From positions 18,972,001 to 19,036,000 of the forward strand of contig OX597826.1 in assembly GCA_951406725.2 (NCBI GenBank): a stretch of DNA of 64,000 bases. Reading direction: 5' to 3'. This document shows positions 28,098 through 41,300 of this stretch, piece by piece. Origin of the DNA: Octopus vulgaris. Taxonomy: Eukaryota. The notes under the pieces were generated by a model. It did no database searches, was not told where the DNA came from, and worked only from the letters and a program-made list of their open reading frames with translations. Positions within the stretch are counted from its first letter, which is position 1; each line of letters opens with the position of its first letter. The position numbers and the translations under genes were made by a program.

Positions 28098-28914
28098 CTC
28101 TTTTACTCGTTTCAGTTATTTGACTGTGGCCATGCTGGAGCACCGCATTTAGCCGAGCAAATTGACCCCAGGACTTATTCTTTGTAAACCTAGTACTTAT
28201 TCCATCGTTCTCTTTTGCCAAACTGCTAAGTTACAGTATATACAAGTATATGTATATATATACATGTATACATATATACATACATATATATATACATACA
28301 TTTGCATGCATATATACATACATATACATACATATATATATATATATACATACATTTGCATGTATATATACATACATATACATACATATATATATATATA
28401 CATACATTTGCATGTATATATACATACATATACATATATATATATATACATACATTTGCATGTATATATACATACATATACATACATATATATATATATA
28501 CATACATTTGCATGTATATATACATACATATATATATATATACATACATTTGCATGTATATATACATACATATACATATATATATATACATATATATATA
28601 TGTAAGTATACATATACACATACAAATATACATACACTTTTACTTATTTCAGTCATTTGACTGCAGCCATGATGGAGTGCCACCTTTAATCGAGCAAATT
28701 CACACCAGTACTTATTCTGTCTCTTTTGCCAGACTAAGTTACAGGGACATAAACACACCAGCATCGATTGTCAAGCGATGTTGCGGGAGATGGGGGTCAC
28801 ACAAATACACATATATATGACGGTCAAGCTTCAGTTTCCGTCTACCAAATCCAGTCACAAGGCATTGGTCTGCCGGAGGCTATAGTAGAAGAAACTTGCC
28901 CAAGGTGCCACGCA
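28098..28914 (-). repeat. Two partial SINE A copies (28098-28236, 28637-28914) flanking a compound TA/TACA minisatellite
   Basis: Recurring tacatacatttgcatgtata unit at ~35-45 bp spacing in 28280-28560; second SINE is cut at 28914 by the CR1-like fragment. Confidence 0.8.
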
Positions 28915-29890
28915 TTGTCACTTGGTGTAGAATGAAGTTTGAGGTAGCGACCCTCAACTGCACCTCTTGCCGAGAAGCAGGTTCATTTGGGACTCTTGAA
29001 TGGAAGAGGTCCAGCCTTGATTTAAAAATGCTTACATCTCCTTTGTACAGGTTCCTCAGGCTTTTCAGGAGAATATGAAAAAGGTGTGGGCCCCTGAAAC
29101 CGAGACTGTTGCAGTAACTGATCCTGCAGCACAATAGCATTGCTGGGATCTTTGGCACTGTGCAGTGTCGACCTGTCCTGGCATTGGAGTAGCTGTCAAT
29201 GCCAAAATTTGGCACAATTCCGTCCAGGATCTTCCAGATCTATATTACTGCATACCTTACCTGCCTTCGCTCCAAGAGGTTGAGTCATAATTGTTTCAGC
29301 CTTTCCCAGTAGCTGAGCTGTTGCAAAGAGACGATCTTCTTTGTGGATTGCTTCAAGGTCTGCTGTTAATATCACACTGGTGGGTGACCATAGCTGGGAG
29401 CAGAAATCCAGGTGGCTGAGGATGAATGTCCTCCAGAGGACCATCATGGTTTCCTTATCTCTGGTTCTGAATGTTTTTAGGATCCATTCAGCCAGTCGTC
29501 TGTACTTTGTCGTCATCATGGTAATGCGCACTCAGAAAGAGGTATCATCACTCATGTCAATACCCGGGTCCCCTCACTGATTTAGGCTCTGGGATTGCAA
29601 TTCCCTGTTGACCCTGCAAGTTTCACATTCAGTTTTGGACACTGGTAGCACAGGGTTTGGAACTTTTCAGCATTAAACTGCATATTATTATCCTCAGCCC
29701 ATCTGTAAATTGAGTCCAAATCCTGCTGCAGATGTGCAACATCGCTGGGGTTCTGTACTTTCCACGAGATTTTCTTATCGTCTGCGTAGGTAGAAAAGGT
29801 GGCTATACGGGCAGTTGAGGGCATATCTAGAGGGCCACTATGAAAAGCAGTGGTTCCAAGACAGCGCCCTGTGGAACACTGCTCACTGAG
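28915..29890 (-). mobile_element. CR1-group LINE RT 3' fragment
   Basis: SVPQGAVLEPLLF, YADDKKI..LQQDLDSIYRWAEDNNMQFNAEKFQ, WILKTFRTRDKETMMVLWRTFILSHLDFCSQLWSP; frameshifted. Confidence 0.9.
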
Positions 29891-29967
29891 TTTTCATTGA
29901 GGTGTGTATATATATATATTTGCTTTGCAAGATTTTCGATGTGAAATCATGAATTGAAACAGATATT

Positions 29968-30284
29968 GTTGTATTTAAGAATGGTATTTTGCCAGTTTAG
30001 CCAATAAAAACACACACTATATATATTTGGTGTTACTTTGCTTCAGCGTTATTTATTTTTTACATTAATCTTAATCTAATTTCGGCCAGAGTTCTTTCGT
30101 CACACTTCTGTGACCTCATCAGTGACCCTTTGCTTTCTTCTTTCTTATTTGTGTGTCTCTCCTTACTAACAGTCAGCCATTAAGATTAATGTAAAAAATA
30201 AATAACGCTGAAGCAAAGTAACACCAAATATATAGTATGTGTGTTTTTATTGGCTAAACTGGCAAAATGACCATTCCTAAATAC

Positions 30285-30287
<3 letters not shown>
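29968..30287. repeat. Fold-back element (~108-bp arms) with partial hammerhead core in the loop
   Basis: Arms 29968-30075 and 30179-30287; minus strand 30080-30122 CUGAUGA-GGUCA..UGGCC-GAAA; related sequence at 49480-49575. Confidence 0.75.
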
Positions 30288-30325
<38 letters not shown>

Positions 30326-30414
30326 ATCCAAACATAAACAAAGAGAAAACACAACGTGAGGACGTGGAACAAGTATAGTGTTATTGGACGCGCAGGAAAG
30401 GAAAGAAAGGAGGA

Positions 30415-30447
30415 TTTAACGTTTTGAGCAGAGCTCTTCGTCAGAAA
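30415..30447 (-). ncRNA. Mutated minimal hammerhead motif (G12 to A)
   Basis: UUU-CUGACGA-A-GAGC-UCU-GCUC-AAAA-CG-UU-AAA; GAAA has become AAAA at a CpG site. Confidence 0.5.
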
Positions 30448-31264
30448 CATAGAAAAAGGAAAGGTCCAAGGAAGGGAAGACGGAGAAAGAAAATCGCTGA
30501 TACACACGTGGTCATACATACATACATACATATACACACATAAATATATATATATATACACATATATAACCCATGCCAGCATGGAAGATGGACATTAAAT
30601 AATGACTATGATGATGATACAAACTGACCTGGAAATGGATGCATGGTATTGAATCAAATAATATAAGTATATAAATACGCATATACACAGGTATACATTT
30701 ACATGCACACACACACACACAAATACATTCATATATGGGCACAAGATGTCACAAACCATAAACAACATGAAATATGAAAACAAAAGAGTTGAATACATAA
30801 ACAAGAGAAACAAATGGAAAACATAAAGAACGACCCTTCATCAGTTGTCGGCTCTACAAATCTCATTGGGAGCATTGAGTGACGATATAAGTCTTCAAAA
30901 GGCAGTTGCTCCCACAAACTAAATAAAAATTGGGATTTTCGGAGGGTCAAAGCTGGTAACAAAAACAGGACATTGGAGACACACAAGGAAACCAAGCGCA
31001 AACGAACATGGAGGATCATTAGACCAGATGAAGGTTAAATAGCAAAAGGAGAAATTATCTCTTTGACAAGAGAAAAGATAGAAGAGAGACAGATGGGATA
31101 CATGCAGTATCTACGACAGCCCTGAAGGAAAAGAATGATCATGTGAGGAAAAGAAAGATGGCTGATGGTCACGTGAGTAATGAGAGAGAGAGACAGATAG
31201 AAAGAAAACAGTGAAGAGGAGAAAAAAGAATTAGAGCAAGGATGAGATGAATACAAATATGTAT

Positions 31265-31321
<57 letters not shown>

Positions 31322-31379
31322 TAGATACGTATACACACAAACACACAAGTCTATATCTAGGGCAGGTATTACTTTTTTC

Positions 31380-31920
31380 ATTACATGTTTCAAGGTGAAT
31401 CCATTGGTGTCGGTGTAGCTAGAGATGTGGCTGGCCTTTTCATGAGCTGGTGGGGCAAAAAACTTAAGCAATCCGTAGCAGAACAGTCCAAAACTCTTTA
31501 CAGTAGGAATGTAGACAACATTAATATCCTAGTGAAGACCAAACCTAGTAACGGCAATGTAGAAACTGAGAGGAACAACCTGGAGAGCATCTAGCAAGGA
31601 GCTAACTCCATCCCCCAAAGTATCAAGGTAACTATAACAATAGACTCCCTGTCCTTGATACTGAACTTTGGCTAGAGATTGTGAACAACAGAGTGCAGCT
31701 CCTCCACTCCTATTACATGAAAGCCATAGCTTCGAAATATGTTGTTCATAAGAACTCAGCTTTGTCACACGATACGGAAATTAACATACTGATAGCAGAC
31801 TTAGGATAATGAGCATGTCCCAACTATACAAATCCTATGAAACAAAACAAAAAAAACATGTACAGAACTTCACGCATTACATGCAATTCTCTGGATATGA
31901 TCAGAAAGATAGGGTTTGAG
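31380..31920 (+). mobile_element. Decayed Penelope-like RT fragment (second lineage)
   Basis: QGESIGVGVARDVAGLFMSWWGKKLK..LYSRNVDNINILV (cf. G.PIG..A.IFM.WWD..RYVDDI), SALSHDTEINILIADL, MQFSGYDQKDR. Confidence 0.65.
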
Positions 31921-31929
31921 AACCTGCCC

Positions 31930-32746
31930 TTAATAAGTATCCGGACTGCTGCCATGGCATCAGCCATGTTATCAAAGCTAAAGCATGCAGAGTGAAGCCG
32001 TTTGGCACAGATTGAGCTTGAACTCTGCTATTCAAGCGTAGCAGTGCTTGGAAGGAATGTTTCGCATATGGTTGCTGCATTGACCATAACAAAGAAGGTC
32101 CAGCAGATAACCGGCATCAAATTTTGCCAAAAGCTTAGTGATACCTGCTCAGAGGCCTAAGCAAAGTTTTCACAGTTCTCGATACAAGCAAGATCTTGTA
32201 CAACTAAAACCAGAGTGTCATTTTGGTTGGGCAAAAGCAGTTTGGGCACAAACTTAGCAGACACGCGTCTCATACCTATATCTTCAGTGATAATGGACTG
32301 AATTGAGCTGTAATTAATATTCACATCCTCTGATAACTCACAGATGGTGATTCAACAGCTTCCCCTCACAGTTGCACAAACATCTGTGACGTTTTCCTCA
32401 GTTCTGGATCTACTAGAATGCTCGCCAATATCGACACTCTTCCAGCAATCTTGGAAATGTCTGAACCGCTCATACCTTTGTGTGCAGATACACTCCTCTC
32501 CATACACTCTCTGCAACGTTGTGTAGGCTTCCGAGCAGCTATTGCCATGACAACTCTCTCTGACATGATCAATGCAATGATCACACACTACACACCTTCC
32601 TTCCAAGTACTGCTGTAAATAGCCAAAGTGAGCTAGAGTGTCAAAACACAGCAGAGTCCAACGTCAAGCTTTCGTAAGCAGCTTCTCTCTGCGTACCTTA
32701 GCTTTGATACTATGGCAACATCCAGATACTCCTTGATCAGACCTCA
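31930..32746 (-). mobile_element. Non-autonomous mariner derivative with ~100-bp imperfect inverted ends and transposase N-terminal remnant
   Basis: SEAYTTLQRVYGEEC..RTEENV..ITICELSEDVNINYSSIQSIITEDIGMRRVSAKFVPKLL (HTH plus WVPxxL-like motif); agtatccggactg..atcaaagctaa..gcagag inverted at both ends; TA at 32747. Confidence 0.8.
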
Positions 32747-32756
32747 TATATACATA

Positions 32757-33106
32757 CAGGAGTGGCTGTGTGGCAAGAAGCTTACTTCCCAAACAGATGA
32801 TCTTGGGTTCAGTCCCACTGCATGGCACCTGGAGCAAGCGTCTTCTACTTTAGCCTCAAGCCAACCAAAGTCTTGTGAGTGGATTTGGTAAACAGAAACA
32901 AGCTCAATATATATATATATAAGTGTGTCTGTGTTTGTCCCTCCACTGTAGCTTGACAACCCATGTTGGTGTGTTTACATCCCAATAATCTAGCAGTTCG
33001 GCAAAAGTGATTGATCGAATAAGTACTAGGCTTACAAACCATAACTCCTGGGGTCAGTTTGTTCAACTAAAGGCAATGCTCCAGTCAAATGACTAAAACA
33101 AGTAAA
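32757..33106 (+). mobile_element. SINE family A
   Basis: CAGGAGTGGCTGTGTGG..GGTTCAGTCC head through aaacaagtaa tail. Confidence 0.85.
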
Positions 33107-33199
33107 TGTATATATTTATAAATATATATATACATACACACACACATATATATTTACGTAAAAACATGTGATATATATAAATTATAAAACATACATATG

Positions 33200-33267
<68 letters not shown>

Positions 33268-35030
33268 TTTATCTGATACCATTTGCTTGTATCAGTTTTT
33301 GGATTGCGACCATGATGGGGCCACCCTTGAAATGCTTAGCCAAACATATCGAACCAAGTACTTAAGTCAGGTATTTATTCTATCGGTCTCTCTTTGCCGA
33401 ACCACTAATTACGGAGACTAGACAAACCAAGCAGATTTACATATAGATGCACTTAGAGACACACTCGTCAACAACATATGTATACACAAGTACACAAATA
33501 CGCGCATATATGTATTTTTGTGTGCGCGTAATTCCATCCGCACGTGTCACTCTGAAATTGCATTGTACATCGATTGACGTGTGAAGGAAATACACAAACG
33601 CCTCAAGTCAGACTATTATTGTTACACTAGACTACCAAACAACTTGTGGGGGGTAATGACATTCATTCTTTCCCCTAAGTGAATTGTAGGCAATCGAAAG
33701 TATGGGGGCAGTCGTAACTATGACCCTTAGGAGCTGTAGCAGAGAGGTGAGGGATAACTGTAGTTCATCCCCGGGTTGAATTTTGTAAGTGAAGGAAAAA
33801 CTCGAGTGTTATGTGTAAAGAAGGCAAATACAGAAATCCTTTTATGAAATGACGGTTACTGTTTTTTTTTTTAACTGCACTCAAGTATAAATGTTAAGTC
33901 AACGTTGGTGAATCTAACCAACGAGATGTGTTTTTAAAAAATCACAATAGATATGAAAAGACAAGAGAGCCTCTAATGTGGTGTTGGATCTATTTGGAAA
34001 CAACAGCCAAAATACTGAAATCAAAACCCAGGTTTGAAAATAATGAACATTGGACCGAGAGATTAGTTCTATACACATTCTAATAAAAGCGTTTTTTAAA
34101 AATCCTACATGACTGTGTAGAGTACCTTTGGTCATAGGTGTGTTGGATCTGGACCGAAGTGGGGTTAAATAATAGAAACCCGTAATTTATTAGGGAAAAG
34201 GTAGTCTCCTGAAGCAACCCTGGTACATAAGTAATAAAAGGCAGAAATCCAACCACGGTGGCGTTGAAAGATGTGAATAATATTTATTCAAGCCAGCTCG
34301 TTCAGTATTACAATAAAGAAAAGTTTTAGACCAGCGAAGGAGGTTTCTTTGAACGAGACATTGGGATTTTTCACTCTTTTCAAAACGGCCAAGGAAGGGA
34401 GAGAAACGAAGACAGGCAAATACGACACACACATTACTTGAAAGATTTCGTTCATTTTTTATTTTCTTTACTGGTTTTTAATCGATTAAATTAACAGAGC
34501 GGCCTTATCAGGAATCACATATTTTGTAAATCTAAGATACGACAGACGTAAGACCAGAGAGTAGCGGTACATTTTTTTTAAAGTCCCCAGGAAGAATCAG
34601 CGTGGGGACATTTAAATTTGTCGTCTTTTCCTAAAAGCCACTTAACGCCTTTGTTAATAACACATATTTCCCCATTAAACATAGCTACAGCTATGGGAAA
34701 TTCCATTCAGTACAATGACCTACAAAATTGTTTTCTAGGAAAGTATGTATTTGTTGTAAAGACGGCAAATTGAGTTTGACGACGAGGAGGGGGGCAATAT
34801 GAAAAGAACTCAGGTTTTGGTTGGGAAAATTTCTATCAGAAAAAATTAATAATCGTGGATTTTCTTTCTTTCTTATTTTTAGCTATTAAATTTTAAAATA
34901 TTTTCTTACAGACACCAAAGAAGGTAATAACCATCCAATAAAGAGATCAATAAAATCAATCGGTATGGCTGCTCTCCAAAAGTAGTAAAAATATTAAAAG
35001 AACGAAATACATTTCAACGATTTTACTTAC

Positions 35031-35110
35031 TCTAATCGGTTCAGCTAAAAGCTTGTGATCTCGTTTTGCCAGTCGATCAACGAACGTAGTCTTAATTTAA
35101 CGGAAGCTGT
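35031..35110 (-). other. Candidate non-coding first exon (start position uncertain)
   Basis: CpG-rich 80 nt ending ACCGATTAGA|GTAAGTAAAA. Confidence 0.4.
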
Positions 35111-35719
35111 GATTCCATGTATGGGAAACTGGGAAATTTCTCATGGAAATGAGATATGCTTAACTGGAATTGAAACCTAGTTGTGATCCCATTGTACTAA
35201 TCGAGAAGGGTCAGTTTGTTTTAATTAATAATGGAATGTGTTCCTCCTTCACTGCCCTAATAACTAACACACCCATGTGGACGACTGCTAGTGGGTGAAG
35301 TAAACAGCCTATCCCTTATTTAATACACTAAACTATTCGGTCGGTGTTCACATGCTATGGGTTATATATTCCAACAGTATAAAACTTGCTGATGTTTAAA
35401 AGGTGAAAGAATATAGGAGAGTAAAAACAAATTTCCTCTACGTGTGAGAGAAAGAGAGAAAAGCAGTGGCAGCTGGCAGGAGAGGAAAACACAAAACATT
35501 AAAAGCGTAATCTTTTATAAAATATCAATGGAAAGTCAGGTTTATTATATACACCCGTTGACATTAATGTTGAAACAAAAAATATTTCACAGTGTATGTG
35601 TGTGTGTGTATATATATATTTATGTGTATATGCGGGTAGTAGTGAAATGCGTTAAGTGTAAAACTTCCAAGTATGGTGTGTGTGTGTGTGTAGATTACAC
35701 ATCCACACGTGCGTACGTA

Positions 35720-35750
<31 letters not shown>

Positions 35751-36154
35751 TATATATATATATATATACATACATATATATATACACATATACATACATA
35801 TATATATACACACACATGTATATGTATATAACGAAATATTAGCGCCAAGCAGGGACATATATACACAAGGTATGTGTGTGTACACGTTTGAGTTTACGAA
35901 GACGAAAAGTATAATAGAGAAGCAGAGTATTAAGTTTCGCTGTTACTTGATCAGCGATACTCACAAAACCAAGTATTAACAGCAATACTAGCACTACTCT
36001 GTGTGTGTCTGTGTGTATTGTGAGTGTGTATGAGTGAGAGAGCATGGCGAAATGATGATCAGGTGTAAAGCTACACACAGACACACACACGTGTGCACAC
36101 TAGACACACGCGCACAGAGAAGAAGCCAGCACTAACTTCGCTAATCAACAAACA

Positions 36155-36197
<43 letters not shown>

Positions 36198-37119
36198 TAT
36201 ATGTATATAAAGGTTGATCAAGGTACAATTTTACGTGTATTTTCTGAAGAGAAGGGAATGTATACCACTTTGGCAAAACTTTGTTGTCCGTCTTCCATGT
36301 GAAGACGGAAGAGTTGGATGTTCGATAAAAAATAATCAACTATGGGGAAAAAGTAGAGAAAGGATAAAGTTCGTCTGTGTGTGTGTGTTGAAAAAAATGA
36401 TTATACGCATATATGACTATATAGACCATTCTTATACAAAAGAAGACACACACACACCTTTGTGCGTGTACATTATATATAGACAAGGAAATTTATATAT
36501 TACCGGAGATGAAGACAATGGAGACAGATTTATAAAATATGAAATTTGTCAACAAGTGACAAAAGCAGCAACTGGTTCGACTAAGTACATCTTTCCTCGT
36601 AAAAGTTACTCCACCGTATGTGCGTGTGTGTGTATGTGTGTGTGTGACTGGAGTGAAATCTCTTTCCTGCACACCAACGTTCCAAGTTGCCTTAACAGTC
36701 TACTGTCTCTTTCCGCCACCTACTTGTATACACCTACCTACCATCGCCGACTCTTAACACCCTCTCTCTCTCTCTCCGTATCTGTGTGAGCGTGCATAAT
36801 AATATATATGTATATATATATAAAACACACACACGACTAGCTTGATTCTCCTCCTCCTCCTGTCTCTCTCCCCCTTTATTCCTCTACAGTGTTTCAATTC
36901 CGCTTTGAGGGTTTTTTTTCCCTTTCCAAACACTTATTACAACACTCGACCGGTCAGGACAAGTAACATTTCCAAACATGACTCACTCGAAACCTCTCTC
37001 TCTCTCTCTCTCTGTGATAGTCCTTCCGTCGGCTAATCTCGGTCGTTTAGTCAATTGGACTCTCACAACAGTTAATGCGTAAAGTCGTAGAGTATTCCAG
37101 ACCCTTGAGTGGATCGGAT

Positions 37120-37227
37120 TACGGACTTCCAGTTTCCGCTAACCGAAACATTCAGCTTAGTCGCAGCGAGATCGAACCCGTGACTTTACGATTGCGAAGC
37201 AAACCTCTTAACCAGTCGGTAATACCC
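37120..37227 (-). mobile_element. Old SINE head with tRNA-like boxes (similar remnant at ~37415-37482)
   Basis: Minus strand TACCGACTGG..GGTTCGATCTC followed by a SINE-like GGAAACTG body; no acceptor stem. Confidence 0.55.
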
Positions 37228-38298
37228 TGGACAGTCCTCCGTCGGTCGAGACGATGGAAACGGAGATGTTCGACCAATTGAATTACTTAGTCGTTAAATT
37301 AACTTCCTTCGGGTTAATTTCGGAAATTCTATTCTACGACCTTCCATACAGTCACTGTCCACCCAATTTTGCTAACAATGTAATGGGATCAATCTTTGGT
37401 TAAGGAAAACTTTTCACCAAGTGGGCTTGAACCGGGAACCACGTGCTTGCGAATTGAGCTTCTTAACCATTCAGCTCTAGGCACATTTAAAAAGACATGT
37501 ACAGTCACTGAACGCACACACACTCATTTAACAATGTACACGCGCATTTACACAGGTATAAACTACAGATATTTATATACCACAGATAAAGGCACATTTA
37601 ATTCTTTTGAATATTTAATACATTTAGAGGTTCGGACACAGATCCGTTTAAAAATAATGAATGAAGAGAAGGGGTGAGAGAGAGACTAGGATATAGATGT
37701 ATGTAGTAGCTTTATAGATACGCATACAAAACGAAACCTTTCGAGTGTATGGAAGTTGTAGAAAAAGAAAACCGAACGTTCAAGCCTTTTAAAACAGCTG
37801 AGATCATCACCAAATCATTCATATTATTTATTATTTTGTTTTTATATATATATATATATATACTTATATATATATATATATATACGTACGTCTCTCACCC
37901 TCCGCTCATACTAATCAGTATTTGTAATCACTGGTGGATGTGCCTAAATATACACACACACATATATATATAGACACACACACTCCCGCCAGTGATAACA
38001 AATGCAGATTAGTATAAGAGTGGAGGATGAGAAACGCACGTGCAGAGATGGGTAGACATGCGCAGACAGGTAGAGATATTGTGCAGACGCAAAGCTTATC
38101 CAGCTACACGTGGTCGCTTGACCTGCTAGAAATATCAGTAATATCTCCGACTACCGTTTCAAATTAAGAAAGGACACATTAGATTATTTAGTCCTACATA
38201 CCCTTAAAAAGACGGGATGGTCACATCTAGAGTGCTTTTGATATGTCTGCACATTCGAGACTGATCTGGCGCTAAAAGACAGGCGGGCAGACACTCCG

Positions 38299-38333
<35 letters not shown>

Positions 38334-41300
38334 TAATATGCAGTAACGGGTATACACATGGGCTGATAGAGAAGTACAACTATATGCAGTTTGTATGATC
38401 TACATCCGAGAGGAGAGAGAGAGAGAGAGAGGTATGTGTGTTAACTGCAATAGCTAAGACACAGACAAGGGTACAGCTACATGCAGTAGCAGCTCCACAG
38501 ACGTGGGGAGGGAGGTATATAGGCTGCTACATGCAATAAACTGGCACACAGACACATAATGTGAAATAGAGTTTCGAATAAATGAGAAATGGTGTCGTCG
38601 CTTGAATAAAGTTTACAAAATGTGTTGGGAAGGGATCCTAGTAATCTTTTTACTGTCTGAGGAAAGGACAAATCCAAAACTAACTACCTTACACAACACA
38701 AACTATTCCATTTGTAAACGAGTTATTTAAGCGATATGTAATTAGAAACGGAGAAGTTATGGAAAACCGGTTATGCTAGTTGAACGAACGGCGCGGTTTG
38801 GACAAATAGGTAGACTACATGAATGGACCACTACATCTGGGGAAGCGGGTAGATTGCGTAAGCAGGCCACGAGGGCGAAACGAATAGGTTACGTGAACAG
38901 ATTACGTGGGGTTTTAAATCTCGGGTAGGTTACAAAAACGCACCAAGTTCGGAGATACAGAAAGGTTACTTGTGCGGAGCACAAGATGGGTTTGCAGAGA
39001 AAAACAGGAAAGGTTTGGTTTGGGAAGCAATATATAGTCTCCTTAATATATTCTGGCTCGAAAGTTATATCAAGACACTGATAGGCGATAAAAATGACCT
39101 ATATAGGTAAAGAAGATCAGTCGGTATTGATGACATAGATATTGGGAATTAAGACACAAATGACCACACAGTAGCTAAAGGATGTGTCTGGGATTAGAAA
39201 TCTGTACAACTATATGGAAACGACAGTACTGGTTCGAATGAACAGTGTGGTATGAGAGTTTATAGGTCATGTTTGGTAAGAATGATCGATTTGTCGCGTG
39301 ATCGTGTGATTTTCTGGTGTTGAAAAGAGATGGGTTATAAAAAAAATTATTGGTCAAGTTCAAAGGATCTGATGTGTAGAGCAGTCCGAAAAAGCTGACC
39401 GAAATAGGTAGATACACGCAACAGCGATAGACCTACAATAATCTGTTACAATAATAATGGGTACGGGTCATAATTAAGTAAATATTAGCTATGGAGTAAG
39501 GAGTTGGTTACTGCAGAAAAATGGGAGGGAGCCCTGCAGTCTACCTGTGTATGTGTGTGTAACAAGGTAAGAGAACATGTGAATATATCCATGTAAGGGC
39601 GTTTTGCTTGCGAGAAGGAAAACTATAGTCGAACTAACGATAGCAACAATAAGACCAGTACAGTAGCTAATTGTAAGGGAGGCGGAAAGAATTAGGGTAG
39701 GATGACATATGTAGAACAAAGCTGTTACTTTGAACTGTATGTGCGTTTCTCTCTTTCATATTCACATACGTAGATATAGACGAAATGATATAAGCAGCGT
39801 ATGTCGGTGTCAAGATAGGGAGGAGGGAGGGAGGGAGGCTGAAAATAACGTATCGGGCAATGTCCTTCATCGACGAAAGAAACACAGACAAATGCTGGAT
39901 AGTCAGACAGGCAGAGCGAGTGATATGAAGTATAGAGACAAGAAAAGATAAACAGAAAAGAAAGAAAGAAAAAAAGGAGGAGGAGGAGGGTGAGGGTAAG
40001 AGAAAGAGTTTTAAAAGCGAGAGGAGAAAGTTGAATACTTGGAAGGAGTGAAAAACAGAGAAAAAGAAAAAAATGTGGGAGGTACACGAGTAAGATAGAA
40101 CAGATGTTAAATGGAAAATCTGGGACATCCTATTTTATTACGTGTGCAAGCAATCCAGTCACAAGTTAGGGTATGGGGACTCGCAGAAGGTTTGCACTCT
40201 ACTCAATAATCTGGGTTTTCTGCTGGGATATTTTGTTTTACTGTGAAATATGATTCTCTCTCACGCATACACACACGCGAGGAGACTGCAACTATTTCAT
40301 TGCATTGACAGGAAACTATGTAGCAGCGGATTAAATGCAGCTGAAATTAGATACCAATTAAATACCAGTAATACACTGAGCTATACAATCTTTTTCTAAG
40401 GCACACTTAGCTTTTATTTTTAGGTGATGTGTTGGCAGGGATTATTAATAGGGATGTATGTGGGTGGGACTTCTATTATTGTTTGCTCGGAGAAGGCTGG
40501 GTTTCTTAACGAATGCAGCGAAGTTAGCTGTTTTCAGTGACAGGATAACGACGTCAATACTTCAAGAACTCCATACAAAATACAGGGCACACAACATCCC
40601 TACAACACAGACACCCCCATTACGCGAGCCAACAAATGAGTCGCTACATGGATGCTTCACTTGCTAGAAGTAACAGCCACATCTCCCAATACATGTCTTA
40701 AAAAGGAAGAATACGTTTGATAATATAATGCTGGATTATCCATAGACAGCCGGGGTAGCCACAGCAGGAATTGTTTTGATCATGAGTTTAATCTGTGGGT
40801 AAACATTACCAGGACCCCCCCTCCATATTTGAGAAGTCAAGGTGTGTAAAAGTGAAAGATGGTCAATGGGATTCGCTTTCAATTCTCGCTTGAGAAGGCT
40901 ATATAATATAATCATTTGGAAATAATTTAATGAATTATTAATCTCTGGTCAAACTGAAGATTAAAATCTGGGTTTTCAATCCTCAAATACCAATACAATA
41001 AGTCACTAATCTCACATCCTCTTCCACTCATTTTCATGGTTTTTTTTTTTATTTCATGGCAAAATACATTAAGAACTTAAAAATTATAAACATGGTTAAT
41101 ATATTTATCAATTTGTTGCTTCAGCATCGGTGACATCTTGAGAAGAGGAACGTTTGGGTCTTTCTCAGGGACATTAGCAGATTAACACATTAGTGCCCAA
41201 CCAAATAATCTTTTTTTATACAACTTTATCTGATACTGAATATATAAATTTTAAAAAATATTACAATATTTAAAAGACAATCCAGTGTTGATGACTAAAG

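Larger units (their letters stand above)
33450..37400 (-). promoter_or_regulatory. CpG-retaining putative promoter/5' region of a minus-strand gene
   Basis: Hand count: 20 CpG in 34201-34800 versus 4 in 3001-3600; few transposons; consensus donor AGA|GTAAGT at 35030 with ETS-like CGGAAG at 35101. Confidence 0.5.

Noticed and set aside
34438-34455. Minus-strand ATG mini-exon MNEIFQ splicing in frame to 24701
   Set aside because: Weak donor (CAA|GTAATG) and no recognisable protein; expected by chance.
36214-36789. 191-aa plus-strand ORF in the CpG-rich region
   Set aside because: Crosses several microsatellites, has a non-ATG start and no recognisable domain.
37160-37227. tRNA gene
   Set aside because: A/B-like boxes present but no acceptor stem; continues into a SINE body.
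38770-38985. Repeat-spacer pattern as a CRISPR array
   Set aside because: Repeats highly divergent, spacers only ~12-18 bp, eukaryotic context, no cas genes.
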